Shown: positions 22,806 to 34,944, counted from the stretch's first letter. The stretch: 64,000 bases of DNA from Mantamonas sphyraenae STR306 (GCA_026936335.1 JAPMXV010000036.1:236754-300753); one strand, 5' to 3'. Notes: generated from the sequence alone by a model not told the origin. Numbers and translations: made by a program.

Positions 22806-23654
22806 TTACTCCCAGCTGTCGCCTCCGCCGCTGGCCTCCCACTGGCTGTCGCCACCGGTGCCCGAGGCGCTCCACTCACCAGCAGCGCCGGCGTCGCCGG
22901 TGTTCTCCCAGTCCTCGTTGGCCTGCTCGAAGCCGTCCTGCTTGTCGGCAAGCTGGCTGTCGGCAGAAGCCTCGACGGCGTTGGAGCTGCTTGCGGCAGC
23001 GGCCTCGGCCTCGTCCTCCTCCTGCTCGTCCAGGTCGCGGTAGAAGAACATATCGATCATGACGTCCCACTCCTCCTCGCGGGAGATGGTGCCGCGCAGG
23101 CGCAGGACCTCACGGGCGAGCAGCCAGTACATCAGGCCAATGCTGTGGATAGCCTTGTTGTTGCACGGGATGGCCACATCGACAAAGTTGAGGGGCGAGT
23201 CCGAGTCGCACAGGGCGATGGTGGGCACGTTGACGTACGAGGACTCCTTCAGGGCCTGGGCGTCCATGCGCGGGTCGGTGACGATCAGCAGACGCGGCTC
23301 AATGAACTTGCGCTGGATCTGGTTGGTAAAGGTACCGGGGGTGTAGCGACCGCTCACAGCCTGGGCGCCAGTGTACTGGGCAAACTTGAGCACGGCACGC
23401 TGGCCGTAGGGGCGGGCGGAGATCACGCACACGTCCGACGGGTTCTCGATGGCCACAATGATCTTGGCAGCCAGCTGGATCTTCTCCCAGGTCTTGCTCA
23501 GGTTCAGGATGTGCACACCGTCGTTGCGGCGCTTCCACGTGTACGAGGTCATCTCGAACGCCAGGTTCTTGGTGCCGAGGTGGGTCTCGCACGCCAGCAT
23601 CAGCTGGATGTCCTTCTCCTTTGCGGTCAGCTCATACGATTCTTCGCCAGACAT
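22806..23654 (-). CDS. RPSA: 40S ribosomal protein SA (uS2)
   Basis: THLGTKN...[19 protein letters not shown]...[15 protein letters not shown]...[13 protein letters not shown]...[11 protein letters not shown]...DVAIPCNNK...[11 protein letters not shown]. Confidence 0.98.
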   Translation of the reverse strand: MSGEESYELTAKEKDIQLMLACETHLGTKNLAFEMTSYTWKRRNDGVHILNLSKTWEKIQLAAKIIVAIENPSDVCVISARPYGQRAVLKFAQYTGAQAVSGRYTPGTFTNQIQRKFIEPRLLIVTDPRMDAQALKESSYVNVPTIALCDSDSPLNFVDVAIPCNNKAIHSIGLMYWLLAREVLRLRGTISREEEWDVMIDMFFYRDLDEQEEDEAEAAAASSSNAVEASADSQLADKQDGFEQANEDWENTGDAGAAGEWSASGTGGDSQWEASGGGDSWE

Positions 23655-24326
23655 GGTGTGTGGGTGGGTCTGTGGTCGTGTGCACCGTACATGTGTGTGT
23701 GTGAGAGTGTGTGTGAGTTGTGTGAAGCGCGATGTGTGTGCGAAACAACGCCACAGCCGGGAGGGACACTGCAAAATCGCATGTTTTCCCCAGCTGCGCT
23801 CTTGCTCGCTCGCCACACGTGCCCACTCGGGCGCTGCAACCCAACGTCCACACACACACGTGTGTATGTGCATTGTGCAGGCGTAGAGATGTGCCGTTGT
23901 GTGTCCATGTGGCCGGGTGCAGGTTGCGGCGGAGCAGGAAAAAAGCACACGGTGGAGAGCGGCAAAAATCGCATGCGACGCACGTGCTCGCGCACCGCCC
24001 ACAGACGCAGGACCACGAGAGAGCACAGCGTGTGGATGGAGGTCGTCTACATACACCCTGCCGGCTCTACATGTGCTCCCTTGTGTGCTGCGTGCGCTGT
24101 GCCGTGTGCAGGCGTGCGGCAAAGGCGAGGCAAAGAGCATGTGCAAGCACATGGCTCAGACGCCGAGTGCACTTGTGCCGTGCCATGGGCATAGCAGTAC
24201 ACGGGCTATGTGCAGCATGATGGTGCGTGTGTGGTTGGGGTGAAGTGGGAGAGGATGACGATGACGTCGTCGCTGTGTGCACATACAGGTTGATTTGTTT
24301 GGGTGGGTTGGCCGGCGACGAAGCGG

Positions 24327-26567
24327 TCAGCGCATGCTTTTGGCAATGCCCAGGATGACTTGCTTGAGCTCGTCGTAGTCGTTGTCAAGGAGATTTGTGC
24401 CCACGTGGTGGGGTGTGACTTTGTCGCCCTGCTGCTGGAGGAGGTCCATGGCCCAGTGGTCACTCGCTTGCTGCAACCATTGCTGCTGGGTAGCCTCGTC
24501 GACCCCAGCCTCGCGCACCATCGGCTCCACACTCTCCTGCACAAATTTGGCCGGGTGGGCGGTGGAGGCAATGAGGATGGGCACGCGGTCGCCGGACGGT
24601 TCGACGGTGCTGGCGTAGGCGTCGGCGACATGTTTGGCCACCACGGTGTGAGGATCCAACAGACGGCCGGTGTCCTGTACGACACGTAGCATGGTGGCCA
24701 GTGTGTTGGCGTCGTCGCATGCGCCCGTGACAAAATCCTGGGCCAGGCGTTGGCACACCTGTTCGGTGAGTTCAAACTCGCCGGTGCTGTCCAGCTGCGC
24801 GTACAGGTGTTGCACCGCAGGTGCGCTACCATCCAACAAGTGGTACAAAAGGCGTTCGACGTTGGATGAGCGCAGAATGTCGATGGCAGGCGAGTGCGAT
24901 CGCAGCAATTGTCTGCCCGTCAGGGTGTACTTGCCCGTGGCCAGAAACTGCGCCACCACATCATTCTGGTTGCTGGCCACCACAAACTTGCGGAAGGGCA
25001 CACCCAGCTGGCGTGCGTAGAGGAAGGCCAGCATGTTGCCAAAGTTGCCCGTGGGCACACACACGTCCACGGGTTGACCAAACTCCACGTAGCCCGCCTT
25101 GACCATGTCCAGGTAGCCGCTGACTGGATACACCACCTGGGGCATGAGACGGGCCCAGTTGATGGAATTGGCGGCAGAGAGGCGCACCGAAGGGGGCAGG
25201 GCCTGGCGTAGGCTTTCCGAAGCAAAGCATTGCTTGACCAGCGATTGGCAGTCGTCAAAGTTACTGCTGCCATCGCGTCCCACTGCCATGACGCGCACAT
25301 TGCGTGCGTTGGGGTGTGCGGCCCAGTGTTGCATTTGCGCCTGTTGCTGCCTTGTGACGCCTCCCTCGGGATACAGGGTGAGCATGCCCATCACCCGCGG
25401 GTCGCTGTGTTGCGCAAAGCCCGCAATGGCCGCCGAGCCAGTGTCGCCCGACGTGGCCACCACAAACAGCCGTTTGTCCTGTTTGGTGCCCTTGGATGCA
25501 CGGTGCACCAGATGGGGCAGCAGCTGCAGAGCAAAGTCCTTGAACGAGGCTGTGGGGCCGTGGAACAGCTCCAGCAGATACTGAGGCTTGTGCTGTTCCC
25601 TGTCCTCCACCCCACAGTGTTCCAGTGGCACCACGGGCGCAATGTGTCCCTGCGATGAACGCCAATTTTCTGCGTCGTAGGCCCTGTCCAACATGTGTCG
25701 CAGCTCCTGCGGCGACCAGTCGCCTGTGGAAAAGCACTCCAGGACACGCAGGGCCCTGTCTGTGTACGACATGTCCACCATGTCCTGCAACGCAGACGGA
25801 GGCAGATTCAGGATTTGACGTGGCACAAACAGTCCGCCATTGGGTGCGGAGCCGTTGAGGACGACGTCGGCAAAGCCGTACTGATCAAACGGCGAGCCGC
25901 GCGTCGACACGTAGCCGTGCTGTCGTCCCAGACACTTGACGACGTTGGCAGCCACCTGGTTGGGCGAGTCGGAAGGTGACACGTGCACGCGTACGTCGTA
26001 GTGGCGTTCGTAGGCCTGGATGCGCCGCTGTAGCAGGTCGCGGAGGGACTCTGGCTTGGCCGGATCGTACCCGGCAATGCGTGCGGTCTGCATCACTTGC
26101 GCGCGTGCGGCAATGGTGTCTGGTGAGGCGTCGAGGTAGACACACACGCTTTGACTGCGCAGCTGCTGCATGGCTTCGTCGTGCAGTGGATTCGAGCCGC
26201 TGAGAGCAATCACCGAGCGTTCCGGCGGCTGCAGCTGCAACAGCGCCTGGCCTTCCTGCTGCACAAAGTGTTCGGGCGACTCGCAGGCTGCCAGTTTGTC
26301 CGCCACACTACAGCCCCAGTACGGCTCCAGGTGGTCGTTGTCCACGTCGATAACGGGTCTGCGGAACACCTTTGCCAACACGTTGGCCACCGTGGTTTTG
26401 CCTGCCCCTGGAGGGCCCATCAGCACCAAATGCTTGTTGCGCGCAGGCTGTTCACCCGGGAGCGGGCTTTCGTCCAGTCGCGGCTGGCCCACGGCCACGC
26501 TCGTGTGCAGCGACTTGGCCGGGCAGCGGGTTGCCACGCCAAGCAAGGGACGACGGCGAGCAAACAT
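24327..26567 (-). CDS. THNSL1: Shikimate-kinase-like/threonine synthase fusion (THNSL1 type), probable mitochondrial presequence
   Basis: P-loop GPPGAGKTT and IALSGSNPLH; YVSTRG, LELFHGPTASFKD (PLP lysine), VATSGDTGSA, NFDDCQ, ANSINWARL, VPTGNFGN, STAHPAKF. The Arg-rich MFARRRPLLG start is preferred over the ORF start at 26615. Confidence 0.9.
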   Translation of the reverse strand: MFARRRPLLGVATRCPAKSLHTSVAVGQPRLDESPLPGEQPARNKHLVLMGPPGAGKTTVANVLAKVFRRPVIDVDNDHLEPYWGCSVADKLAACESPEHFVQQEGQALLQLQPPERSVIALSGSNPLHDEAMQQLRSQSVCVYLDASPDTIAARAQVMQTARIAGYDPAKPESLRDLLQRRIQAYERHYDVRVHVSPSDSPNQVAANVVKCLGRQHGYVSTRGSPFDQYGFADVVLNGSAPNGGLFVPRQILNLPPSALQDMVDMSYTDRALRVLECFSTGDWSPQELRHMLDRAYDAENWRSSQGHIAPVVPLEHCGVEDREQHKPQYLLELFHGPTASFKDFALQLLPHLVHRASKGTKQDKRLFVVATSGDTGSAAIAGFAQHSDPRVMGMLTLYPEGGVTRQQQAQMQHWAAHPNARNVRVMAVGRDGSSNFDDCQSLVKQCFASESLRQALPPSVRLSAANSINWARLMPQVVYPVSGYLDMVKAGYVEFGQPVDVCVPTGNFGNMLAFLYARQLGVPFRKFVVASNQNDVVAQFLATGKYTLTGRQLLRSHSPAIDILRSSNVERLLYHLLDGSAPAVQHLYAQLDSTGEFELTEQVCQRLAQDFVTGACDDANTLATMLRVVQDTGRLLDPHTVVAKHVADAYASTVEPSGDRVPILIASTAHPAKFVQESVEPMVREAGVDEATQQQWLQQASDHWAMDLLQQQGDKVTPHHVGTNLLDNDYDELKQVILGIAKSMR

Positions 26568-26633
26568 ATGGAGATTGGGGTGGGGGAGACGGGGCGGCGA
26601 TGGTTCTTGTTCCATTCTGATGTTCTACAGTAC

Positions 26634-29387
26634 TTACATGCCCAGGGAGTCGGAAAGGGCCTGGGACGTGTCTTTGCCTGTGGAGGAGGCGTTGGGAGAG
26701 ACGGACACGTCGGACACCTTTGCAGTTGCCTCTTGCGAGAGGCGGCCAAAGGTGCTCCACTCGTGCAGGGTGCTGGCAATGTGTTTGACATCACTCTGCA
26801 TGAGGATGCGTCCCACCTTGGCCCACTGCTTCTGGGTCTTGAGAGAAAGCTCAAACTGGATGCGGATCAGGGCGAGCATCATGTTGCGAAAGTCCGTCAG
26901 CTTGGCCGCGTGGAACTTTTCCAGTTCTTGGTCCATGGCAGCGGCCAGGCAGTCGTAGTTGGTTTTGTTTTCCACCATTTTGCGTTCGCTGTGAGCGATC
27001 TGAGCGGTGAGTTCGCGTGCACGTGCTGCGCTGGTGCCGTAGTATGAATTCTTCACCTCCTCGTACTCCTGCTTGAGCCCCTGCAGCTCCCACCAGGCGG
27101 CTTTGAACGTAAGCAAACTCATGTGCTGCGACTCCATGGCCTGTTTGATGGAGTACACAATGTCCACATAGTCGCGCAGCGGGTCGCTGACGTGCTGGCT
27201 CTCCTTGGCACTGATCTCCAAATGGATGTTGGCCAGTTTGGCAAAAGCCTTGCCCAGGGTGATGCACATGCCTGCAATCTCTGCGTTGGCGCTGGTGTCG
27301 GTGCCCTCAGGCACGGTCTTTTGGTAGTTGATGTGTGCACGCCCGCTTGCACTGTATCGCTTGGCCTGCTTGGCCAGCAGCAGGGCATAGTTGCGCCTCT
27401 GCTGGACGATGTTTCGCATGGCGTTGTCCATGGCCAGAATCTGCTCCTCGATTTCTTTGACGTACGTTTTCAGGGTGTTGAACTGCACGTCCACCTCCAG
27501 GGACATTTCGCCTTCGCCACGCACAAACGAGTTCATCACGTTGCGTGTCCACTCGCGGAACATGAGGAACATGTGACCACTGGTGCGCGACAGGTTCGTG
27601 CCTACCATGTACACTTCGAACGAGTCGTTGCTGTAGGTGAGAAACGCGTCCACGTCCTTGTGCGTGTTGCGTGGCGGGTTGCGCACCAGTGCTTCAATGA
27701 ATGCTTCAATCTGCTCCTTGTGCTGTTGGGCTTCCGTGCGACTGACGGTGGCGTCCTCGGTGACGTTGAGTGCCTGCGGGAGCGGCGGATAGTTGGCCTG
27801 CGGATCCTGCTCGGTGATCTGGTTCTCCAGCCAGCACAGGTCGCCGTACTGGCGAAAGATCATAAAGTCGTCCGAGACGCCCTGATGAAAGTCGGTCATG
27901 GGCACGAGAGAGCCGTCGGGCTTGCGTTGCATCTGTTCGATCTGGTACACGACGTACGCAGACGCGCCGGCGCCCACCAGGATCATGTCAGAGACAATGA
28001 ATGTTTCCTGGTTGGCCGAGGCGGTGCTGCTGCTGCTGCTGCTGCTACTGCCACTGTCGTTGTCCGTGGAGGAGGCCGATGTTTGCGTGGTGGCCACGGT
28101 GTCGTGGTCGGAGGACGAGGCAGCCGAGACGGCGGCGTCGCGCGCACGCTTCTGGAAGGAATACTCGATGCTCTGGTACCTGTGTTCGTCGTTCCCTCCA
28201 TCGATTTGGTCATTTTGGGCGGGCTGTGGGTCCGCCTGTGCCTCGTCGCCCCACATGGAGGCAAAGAAGGAGGAGATGGGCTCGAAGAAACCTGCGTCCT
28301 GCTGCTGGCCAGTAGCCACACCTGCGTTGTTGCTGTTGGAGGATGTGCCATCTCCGCCGTCGAGGTTGTCGTAGTCACTCTGGTTGGGTGGACTCTTGTT
28401 GCTGTACCAGTTGCGCGAAGAGACGGAGTCAAGCTTGGGCTTGGCTTTTCGCTGCACAGGCGCATAGGCCTGGAACTTGAGGCCCGAGCCTTGTGTGGCC
28501 GAAGACCCGCGTGAGCTGCCTTTGCTCTTTCGCTTGCTCCCATCCTTGTTCTTTTTCTTCTTGCGGCGCTTGCGGCCTTTGTGAGGATCCGTGGAGGCGG
28601 CTGCCTCGCCTGCTTCGTTGCTGCCGCTGCTGGGCGGCGGAGGCTTTTGGCCAGAAGAAGCCTGTGCGGCAAACATGTCGAGGATGGACTCCTCGTCTGC
28701 ATCAAGGTCGATTTCGGTCATGACGGAGGAGGAGGAGGGCTCGGGAGCGTCAAAGAGCGAACGGCCAACCTTTTTCCCGCCTGCCCCCGAGGTGTTGGAG
28801 GTGCGTGTGTGGATAACCTTTGTGGTGGAGAAGGACATGGTGTCTTGGTCGTAATCGTTGGTGGCGACAGAGGCAAAGGGGTCGAATTCGGCCGGGGCGG
28901 GCTCGTCGTCGATGGTGAACGAGGGCACAGGCGGCTTGGGCTCGTCTGCGAGTCGGTTTGACGAGGTCACCGTGTGCGCTTGCGTCTCTTTGGCATCGGC
29001 TTCCTCGTCCTCCTCGTCTGTGACGTACTCGTATTCGCTGTCAGAGTCAGAGTCGGAGGCTGGGCCTCCAGCGGCCTCGGACTGTGCGGGAGGGGCGGCG
29101 GAGGCGGAATGGCTGCTGTTGGAGGAGGGCTGGGCGTGCGCATGAGGCGACGGGTAGGCCTGAATCTGGGGCAATGTGTCCTGTGTCATGCCTTTTTCCT
29201 TCTCGGCCTGCTTGCTCTTGTTGAGCATGTCCTGCCAGCGTGTGTCGTCGGTGTCGTCGAGGAAGGCGGCGTAGAGCTCCTCGTCGAGGTCGAGGTCGAT
29301 GTCCAGATTCTCTGCGTCTGCGTCGTTGAGGTCGATGTGCTTCAACTGCTGTTCCAGCTCATCATCATCGTCCGAGTAGCCGTCCAT
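26634..29387 (-). CDS. PX-BAR sorting nexin (SNX1/2/Vps5-like) with a long acidic disordered N-terminus
   Basis: YVVYQI...IFRQYGDLCWLENQI...YPPLP...IEAFIEALVRNP (divergent PX) followed by a BAR-like helical region DVQFNTLKTYV...DPLRDYV...QELEKFHAAKLTDFRNMM. Confidence 0.8.
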   Translation of the reverse strand: MDGYSDDDDELEQQLKHIDLNDADAENLDIDLDLDEELYAAFLDDTDDTRWQDMLNKSKQAEKEKGMTQDTLPQIQAYPSPHAHAQPSSNSSHSASAAPPAQSEAAGGPASDSDSDSEYEYVTDEEDEEADAKETQAHTVTSSNRLADEPKPPVPSFTIDDEPAPAEFDPFASVATNDYDQDTMSFSTTKVIHTRTSNTSGAGGKKVGRSLFDAPEPSSSSVMTEIDLDADEESILDMFAAQASSGQKPPPPSSGSNEAGEAAASTDPHKGRKRRKKKKNKDGSKRKSKGSSRGSSATQGSGLKFQAYAPVQRKAKPKLDSVSSRNWYSNKSPPNQSDYDNLDGGDGTSSNSNNAGVATGQQQDAGFFEPISSFFASMWGDEAQADPQPAQNDQIDGGNDEHRYQSIEYSFQKRARDAAVSAASSSDHDTVATTQTSASSTDNDSGSSSSSSSSTASANQETFIVSDMILVGAGASAYVVYQIEQMQRKPDGSLVPMTDFHQGVSDDFMIFRQYGDLCWLENQITEQDPQANYPPLPQALNVTEDATVSRTEAQQHKEQIEAFIEALVRNPPRNTHKDVDAFLTYSNDSFEVYMVGTNLSRTSGHMFLMFREWTRNVMNSFVRGEGEMSLEVDVQFNTLKTYVKEIEEQILAMDNAMRNIVQQRRNYALLLAKQAKRYSASGRAHINYQKTVPEGTDTSANAEIAGMCITLGKAFAKLANIHLEISAKESQHVSDPLRDYVDIVYSIKQAMESQHMSLLTFKAAWWELQGLKQEYEEVKNSYYGTSAARARELTAQIAHSERKMVENKTNYDCLAAAMDQELEKFHAAKLTDFRNMMLALIRIQFELSLKTQKQWAKVGRILMQSDVKHIASTLHEWSTFGRLSQEATAKVSDVSVSPNASSTGKDTSQALSDSLGM

Positions 29388-29513
29388 GATGGGTTTGTGC
29401 GCGAGCGAGCGGAGGGGATGGGCAGGGAAGCAGGTTTGGGTGCAAGAGGACGACGGGATGGGGTCAGAACAAAAGGGAGAGACTCGGAAGGAAAGGATCC
29501 AGCAGCGGTTCAT

Positions 29514-29999
<486 letters not shown>

Positions 30000-30456
30000 T
30001 CAGCGACGGAAGGCGGAAAACGGAGACGGGGCCGGAAAAGCGCATGCGCCCGTTTTCCATTCGCAGAAAAACTGCGCTTGGATCCGGTACGGGTGCAGGC
30101 ACGGCGATAGGAAGGATGCCACGCTGGCGTACACATGAACAAGCACGTGCGCAGATGTGTAGCGAGGTGCGTGTGCGTCGTGCTGGAGCCAGGGGGCGAC
30201 GGGGAGCGAGCAAAAGGGTGTGCCCAACATGCGAAAATGGAGCGGGTTTGCAAAAGGGGCCTGGAAACGTACAGAAAAAGGGTTGGGTTCTCTTGGTGGG
30301 TGTGTGTGTTCTTTCTACGTGTCTTTTAGTTAGGGTCCGTCTTCGCAAAGGTGTGTGTTCACCACGCTCGAGAGTCAGGTCAAAAGTTGAAAGAACTGGT
30401 TGTGCGGGCGCATCCGCTTCGCGCACGGAAAACGGAAGTGAATCAATGTGGACGGT

Positions 30457-32043
30457 TCAGCCTTCGCGAACGATGTGCACGCCACCGGGAGCAACGATTG
30501 TGTTTGTGGCCGGGGGCGCGGCGACATGTGTGGATGGAAAGAGCCATTGGGCGACGGCGGCCTTGTTTGCGTCGATCCACAGGGAGAGGAGCATGAGAAG
30601 GAGGACAAGGACGAGCTGCCAGGGAGAAGAGAGGCCGGTCCAAGCGAGGACAGACGGGATGGAGGCCTGGGAGGGCGTGTTGGTGGGTGTGGCGGTGTGG
30701 TTGGCCGCATAGTCGTCGGCGCGGAGCTGACAGTCAAAGACGAGGAGAGTGTGGGAGGATGGAGTCGTGGGCGTGTGTACAGCGAGGTGGTGCTGGTGGA
30801 TGAGGGTGGCCAGGTGGTCGAGATCGTCGGCAGAGGTGGTCGTTGGCAGATGGACGGTTGCGTGTGCTCCGTCGACAAAAAAGCCTTGGGCATCGACGTG
30901 GGCATCGCCTACAAGGTCCATCCAGGCGTCGTGTGACGCAATGAGGCCTGCTTGGACGGCATGGAAGCCTGCACGCCACCATTTGGCCATGGGACTGTCT
31001 GTGGCAATGTTTGATCGATCGACAAGTGCGATTCCATCCCATCCGCCGGCATACATGGCGTCGAGGCGGGCTGAGATGGCACTTTGCTGCGTTTCGGCTT
31101 CTTGCAGAAACTGGGCGTCTGCGTCGTGGTGGATGCGGGAGCAGGCGGCAAGGAGATCAAAGTGGAAATGGGCAGCGGAGGCTTGGCCGAGGCAGTCGAG
31201 GGCGACGGCTTTGACAAACATGAGGGTTGTGTACAGTGGTTGGAGGAGGAGTGCGTCGTCGGCGATGGTGATGATGTCGTGAAGGGAGCGGGAGGCGAGC
31301 GGGCTGGTGCCAAGGGTGGGTTCGAGGCGAGCAAAGTCGTGGATGGCGCGATCTTTGAGTTGGGCAAACACGGAAATGTTGTCTGTGGAAGAAGCCCAGC
31401 CGAGAGGGGAGGATGCGGTGGCGCAGGCGTGGTGGACTTGCTGAAGGTCGACGTTTGGCGGGAGACGCGGCCCGTCACCATCGTCTGTGTCTTGATCGTT
31501 GGAGGAGGCAAGCTGTGCGGCAACAACCATGAGACGCTCTTCGAGCATGTAAGCAACCTGGATAGCGAGGGCAGAGAGTGGCCACCAGGCAGGGTCGAGC
31601 GGGAAGGCGGGCGGTGGCCACACGCGGGACAGGGCACACTGGGCGCAGATGGAGGCATCTGAGCCGCTTTCACAGACAGCCCATGTGGAACAGATGGGAC
31701 AGCGAGAGCGGGTCCAGGTTGTGGCGAGCGGAAGCGGAGGGACAAAGGAGGCGGCGTTTGGATGAGGCTGCTGGACGCGCATGAGGTCGTCGAACCAGGA
31801 GATGCACTGGGAGAGCCACTTGTCATCTATTGGGTACTGAGAGGCAAGAGTTGAGGCTGATGCATGTGTGGGGTGGCGTTTGGCGAGCAGGGTGAGGAGC
31901 GGGCTGTTCCAGCCAACGGTGTCAAGGCGAGTGTGCACTTGGTCGATGCTGAGAGACAGGATGATGTCTCGGACAGGATCTTGCAGAGAGCAATAGAGAG
32001 GTTGGAGCGTGGCTAGGAAGCGAGGGCGCCATTCCAAGACCAT
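30457..32043 (-). CDS. Hypothetical protein with a CxxC...CxxC motif, TPR-like helices and a C-terminal transmembrane segment
   Basis: Long ORF from ATG at 32043; CPIC...CAQC; DDALLLQPLYTTLMFVKAVALDCLG is TPR-like; hydrophobic WQLVLVLLLMLLSLWI. Confidence 0.6.
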   Translation of the reverse strand: MVLEWRPRFLATLQPLYCSLQDPVRDIILSLSIDQVHTRLDTVGWNSPLLTLLAKRHPTHASASTLASQYPIDDKWLSQCISWFDDLMRVQQPHPNAASFVPPLPLATTWTRSRCPICSTWAVCESGSDASICAQCALSRVWPPPAFPLDPAWWPLSALAIQVAYMLEERLMVVAAQLASSNDQDTDDGDGPRLPPNVDLQQVHHACATASSPLGWASSTDNISVFAQLKDRAIHDFARLEPTLGTSPLASRSLHDIITIADDALLLQPLYTTLMFVKAVALDCLGQASAAHFHFDLLAACSRIHHDADAQFLQEAETQQSAISARLDAMYAGGWDGIALVDRSNIATDSPMAKWWRAGFHAVQAGLIASHDAWMDLVGDAHVDAQGFFVDGAHATVHLPTTTSADDLDHLATLIHQHHLAVHTPTTPSSHTLLVFDCQLRADDYAANHTATPTNTPSQASIPSVLAWTGLSSPWQLVLVLLLMLLSLWIDANKAAVAQWLFPSTHVAAPPATNTIVAPGGVHIVREG

Positions 32044-32340
32044 GGTGGGAGATTGGTTGGTGGAGATGTGTGGACAGGTGGTTGCAAGAGGTGATGAGTG
32101 GGGTGGGGTGGAGGGGGAAGGGGGGGGGGGGTAGGGAGGGGCTTGTCTTGATGGTTGCAGAGAATGGGATGAAAGGTGGGCGAGTGGGATTTCTGAGGTT
32201 TTCTTTGCTTGCCTCTGTTTGGGAAATGCATTTTCAGAATGGGGCTTGGTGAGGTTGGGGTGTGGCGGAACATCAAGGAGCACATTGAGCATGACACTCG
32301 GTGTTGCGCGACCGCATTTGCTGGCGTGATGGACTCGAGG

Positions 32341-34579
32341 TCATCCCAGGCGTTGTTTCTTGACGTCTTGGTACTGCCCCTGGGCTTGGGATGAGGAGAG
32401 ATCGTTTTCCATCTGCTTGTAGTCTCGCTTTAAAGACATGGGTGAGCGCTGGTGTTGTGCAAGCTGAGCAAGGTTGTGGAGCGAGTTGCGCGATTCGGAT
32501 GACACGGTAGAAGTCGCAGATGTCCCGCTGTTGCTGCTATCCTTGCGTGAGGATTCTTGAGAGAAAGCCATGGGAAGTGTTGACGAGGCTGGTTTGGGGA
32601 AGAGGGTGGGTGCGATGTGCACAGACAGGTGTCAGGGCGGACAACGGCGTACGGCAGAAGCAAAAAGGGTGGCGAAAAGAAGGCGGTCCGGGAGGGTCCA
32701 GAGTGCTCGAGAACGGCGAGGAAGGCGACACACAGGTGTGGGGAGCTTGCGTACGGGCCGCAGCTTCTGAGAGTGCCATCGCCACGTTTCGTCATTCCGG
32801 ATGTGCAGAGGGACACACGGGTGGAGCGTGAAAGGCACCGGACGGGGCAGGCCGGGTAGAAAAAAAAGGGGTGGTTTTTGGCGACAAAAATTCAAAGGCC
32901 CAAAATCTGCCTGGCGAATCCCCAAACGCTGATTGGGCAACGCAGGAAGCAGTGGGGAGGAATTGAAAATGGAAACTCACCTTGGCTGTCGAAGGAAGGA
33001 CGGCCGATGGACGGATTAACGCCTGCCATGAGTGCGTTGTTGTCCCAGGATCCAGAAAGCAGCCCCGGAAGTTGGGTGGTGTCGGAGGACGATGACGTGG
33101 AGGATGTGGAGGTTGACTGGCCGTTGCTCTGTCCCATCATCTGCGCAAGCTGCATGCGAGCGTTGACAAGGGAGTTTGGAGAGGCGTTGCTCATGAGCTC
33201 GAGGCGAGAGGTGCGGAAATGGAGAGTGTTTACGTCGGTGACGATTTTGTCGAGGTGTGTTCCATGGGTGGCCACAGCCATCTTGAGCTTGAGCAGTTCG
33301 GTGATGAGAACTTCGTTCTTCTTGCTGAGGGTTTGGACAACCTCGACAAGTTCGGCGTAGCTTGCGTCGCCGACTTCGTTTGATGAGGTACCCTTGCCGG
33401 CCTTCCTGCGCTCGCTCTTCTTGCGCTGTATCTGCGGCAGAAGGTCATCCCGGCCACGCAGAAACTTGGGGTGTTTGAAGGTGTAAGAGGTGGGCGACAC
33501 CTTGCTGAAGCCATACCTGTGGGAGACATGTGTAAGGAGAACGATGGATTGCGCAGTTGGAGAAAGTCGGGTCGGTTCTTCCTAAGGGGAAAGAAGCGCA
33601 CACGAGCATGCAAGGAAGGTATGAGGCATATCGCAAAAGACGCGCATGAGATTGAGGGAGGGTGAGGACACTGCGGACGGGTGTCGCAACGGTTGGGAGG
33701 GCTGGTGAGGGCATGAAGAAGGACGCAAAGTGGACGGGACCCGGAACGAACTTTTGGCAACGCGGCGAAAAAAGAGCGGGCCCGAGGTTTCGCGAGCCAG
33801 TGCAGTGCATGGACGGGGTGTGTCAGCATGAAGATGCAGGGAGTGGAGGAGTACAGAGGTGGGAAGGGGTGTGACGTACCGTGTTAAGCTGGCGGACAAA
33901 GCTGTGTGGAGTGGGCGAGGCGTATACGTTTGTGGACGGGGTCACGTCAGCGAACGGAGGCGAGAAATGGGAGACACAGCAGGACATGTGGGCAGGGTAT
34001 AGAGGCATCATTACCTGGACAGATTGTTGTGATTGAAGTGTTTCGGCAGCACGTGTTGTTGGAAGTGCACAGGGTCATTGACAATGAAACTAGGGGCCGT
34101 GCAGGACAATGTGTGAGAGGCGAAAAAGAAGGTACTAGAGGATTGCCCTTTGCCGCTGTGACCGCGGAGAACGCAGGATCGAATCGGAGGCATAGGTGGT
34201 CTGGGCACATGTGATCGATATGAACGGGGCAAGGGGCAAAGAATGCGCGAGGCATGGTGGCGTAGACAAGGAGGGAAAGAGGGAAAACGAATTGGGGCCG
34301 GCTTTGAAGGGGCATCACTTGAGCAACACGAGGACGGGAAAATCGAAGCACAGAACACAGCAGAGAATGTGTGGGAAGGAAGTGCGGGGAAGGATTGGGG
34401 AAAGGGTATTGGAAAGGGGCGTTTGGGGGGTTGTGTGGGAAAAAAAGGAGAGATTCAGGCACGTTTGCTCACCTGTCTTCGGAGTCCACCCATTGGATAC
34501 TTTCCACATCATCGTCTTCAAGCAAGCCCAAGATCTTGAGGAGAAAGGCGGCGACTTTGCCCTCCTTCCGCTTGCTCAT
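32341..34579 (-). CDS. HSF: Heat-shock transcription factor (canonical HSF DNA-binding domain + coiled coil); exons ~34473-34579, 34014-34089, 33880-33901, 32981-33516, optional 32753-32764, 32341-32588
   Basis: Spliced VAAFLLKILGLLEDDDVESIQWVDSEDSFIVNDPVHFQQHVLPKHFNHNNLSSFVRQLNT-YGFSKV...FKHPKFLRGRDDLLPQIQRKK; heptad region LVEVVQTLSKKNEVLITELLKLK; one junction carries an extra base. Confidence 0.88.
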
Positions 34580-34944
34580 TCGTGTGCAAAGGATGAAAGA
34601 GTTTTTGTTGGGAGCGCGGGAGCTGCCGAAGGTCCGCTTGCATCGAGATCGTGCACACGGGGATTTCGCCGTACGGGAGGTTGGATAAGTGTTTGACAAA
34701 GCCGGCGATGTGCGAAGAACGCACGGCAAAGGAGGCAGCCCGGATTGTTCCAGACGTGGGACGAGAAGTGGACAGAGACAGCGACTGGGACAGGACAGGG
34801 AGGATGTGCCAACAGGCTGTTTGCAGCGGACTGAGGATTGGTGCTGGTGTTGTGGATGCATTGGTGGGATGGTGGAGGGTGTGGTGTTGAGCAATCCGGT
34901 GTGTGCCGAGTGGGATGCGCTCGTGGACGCAAAGCGATCTCAGG

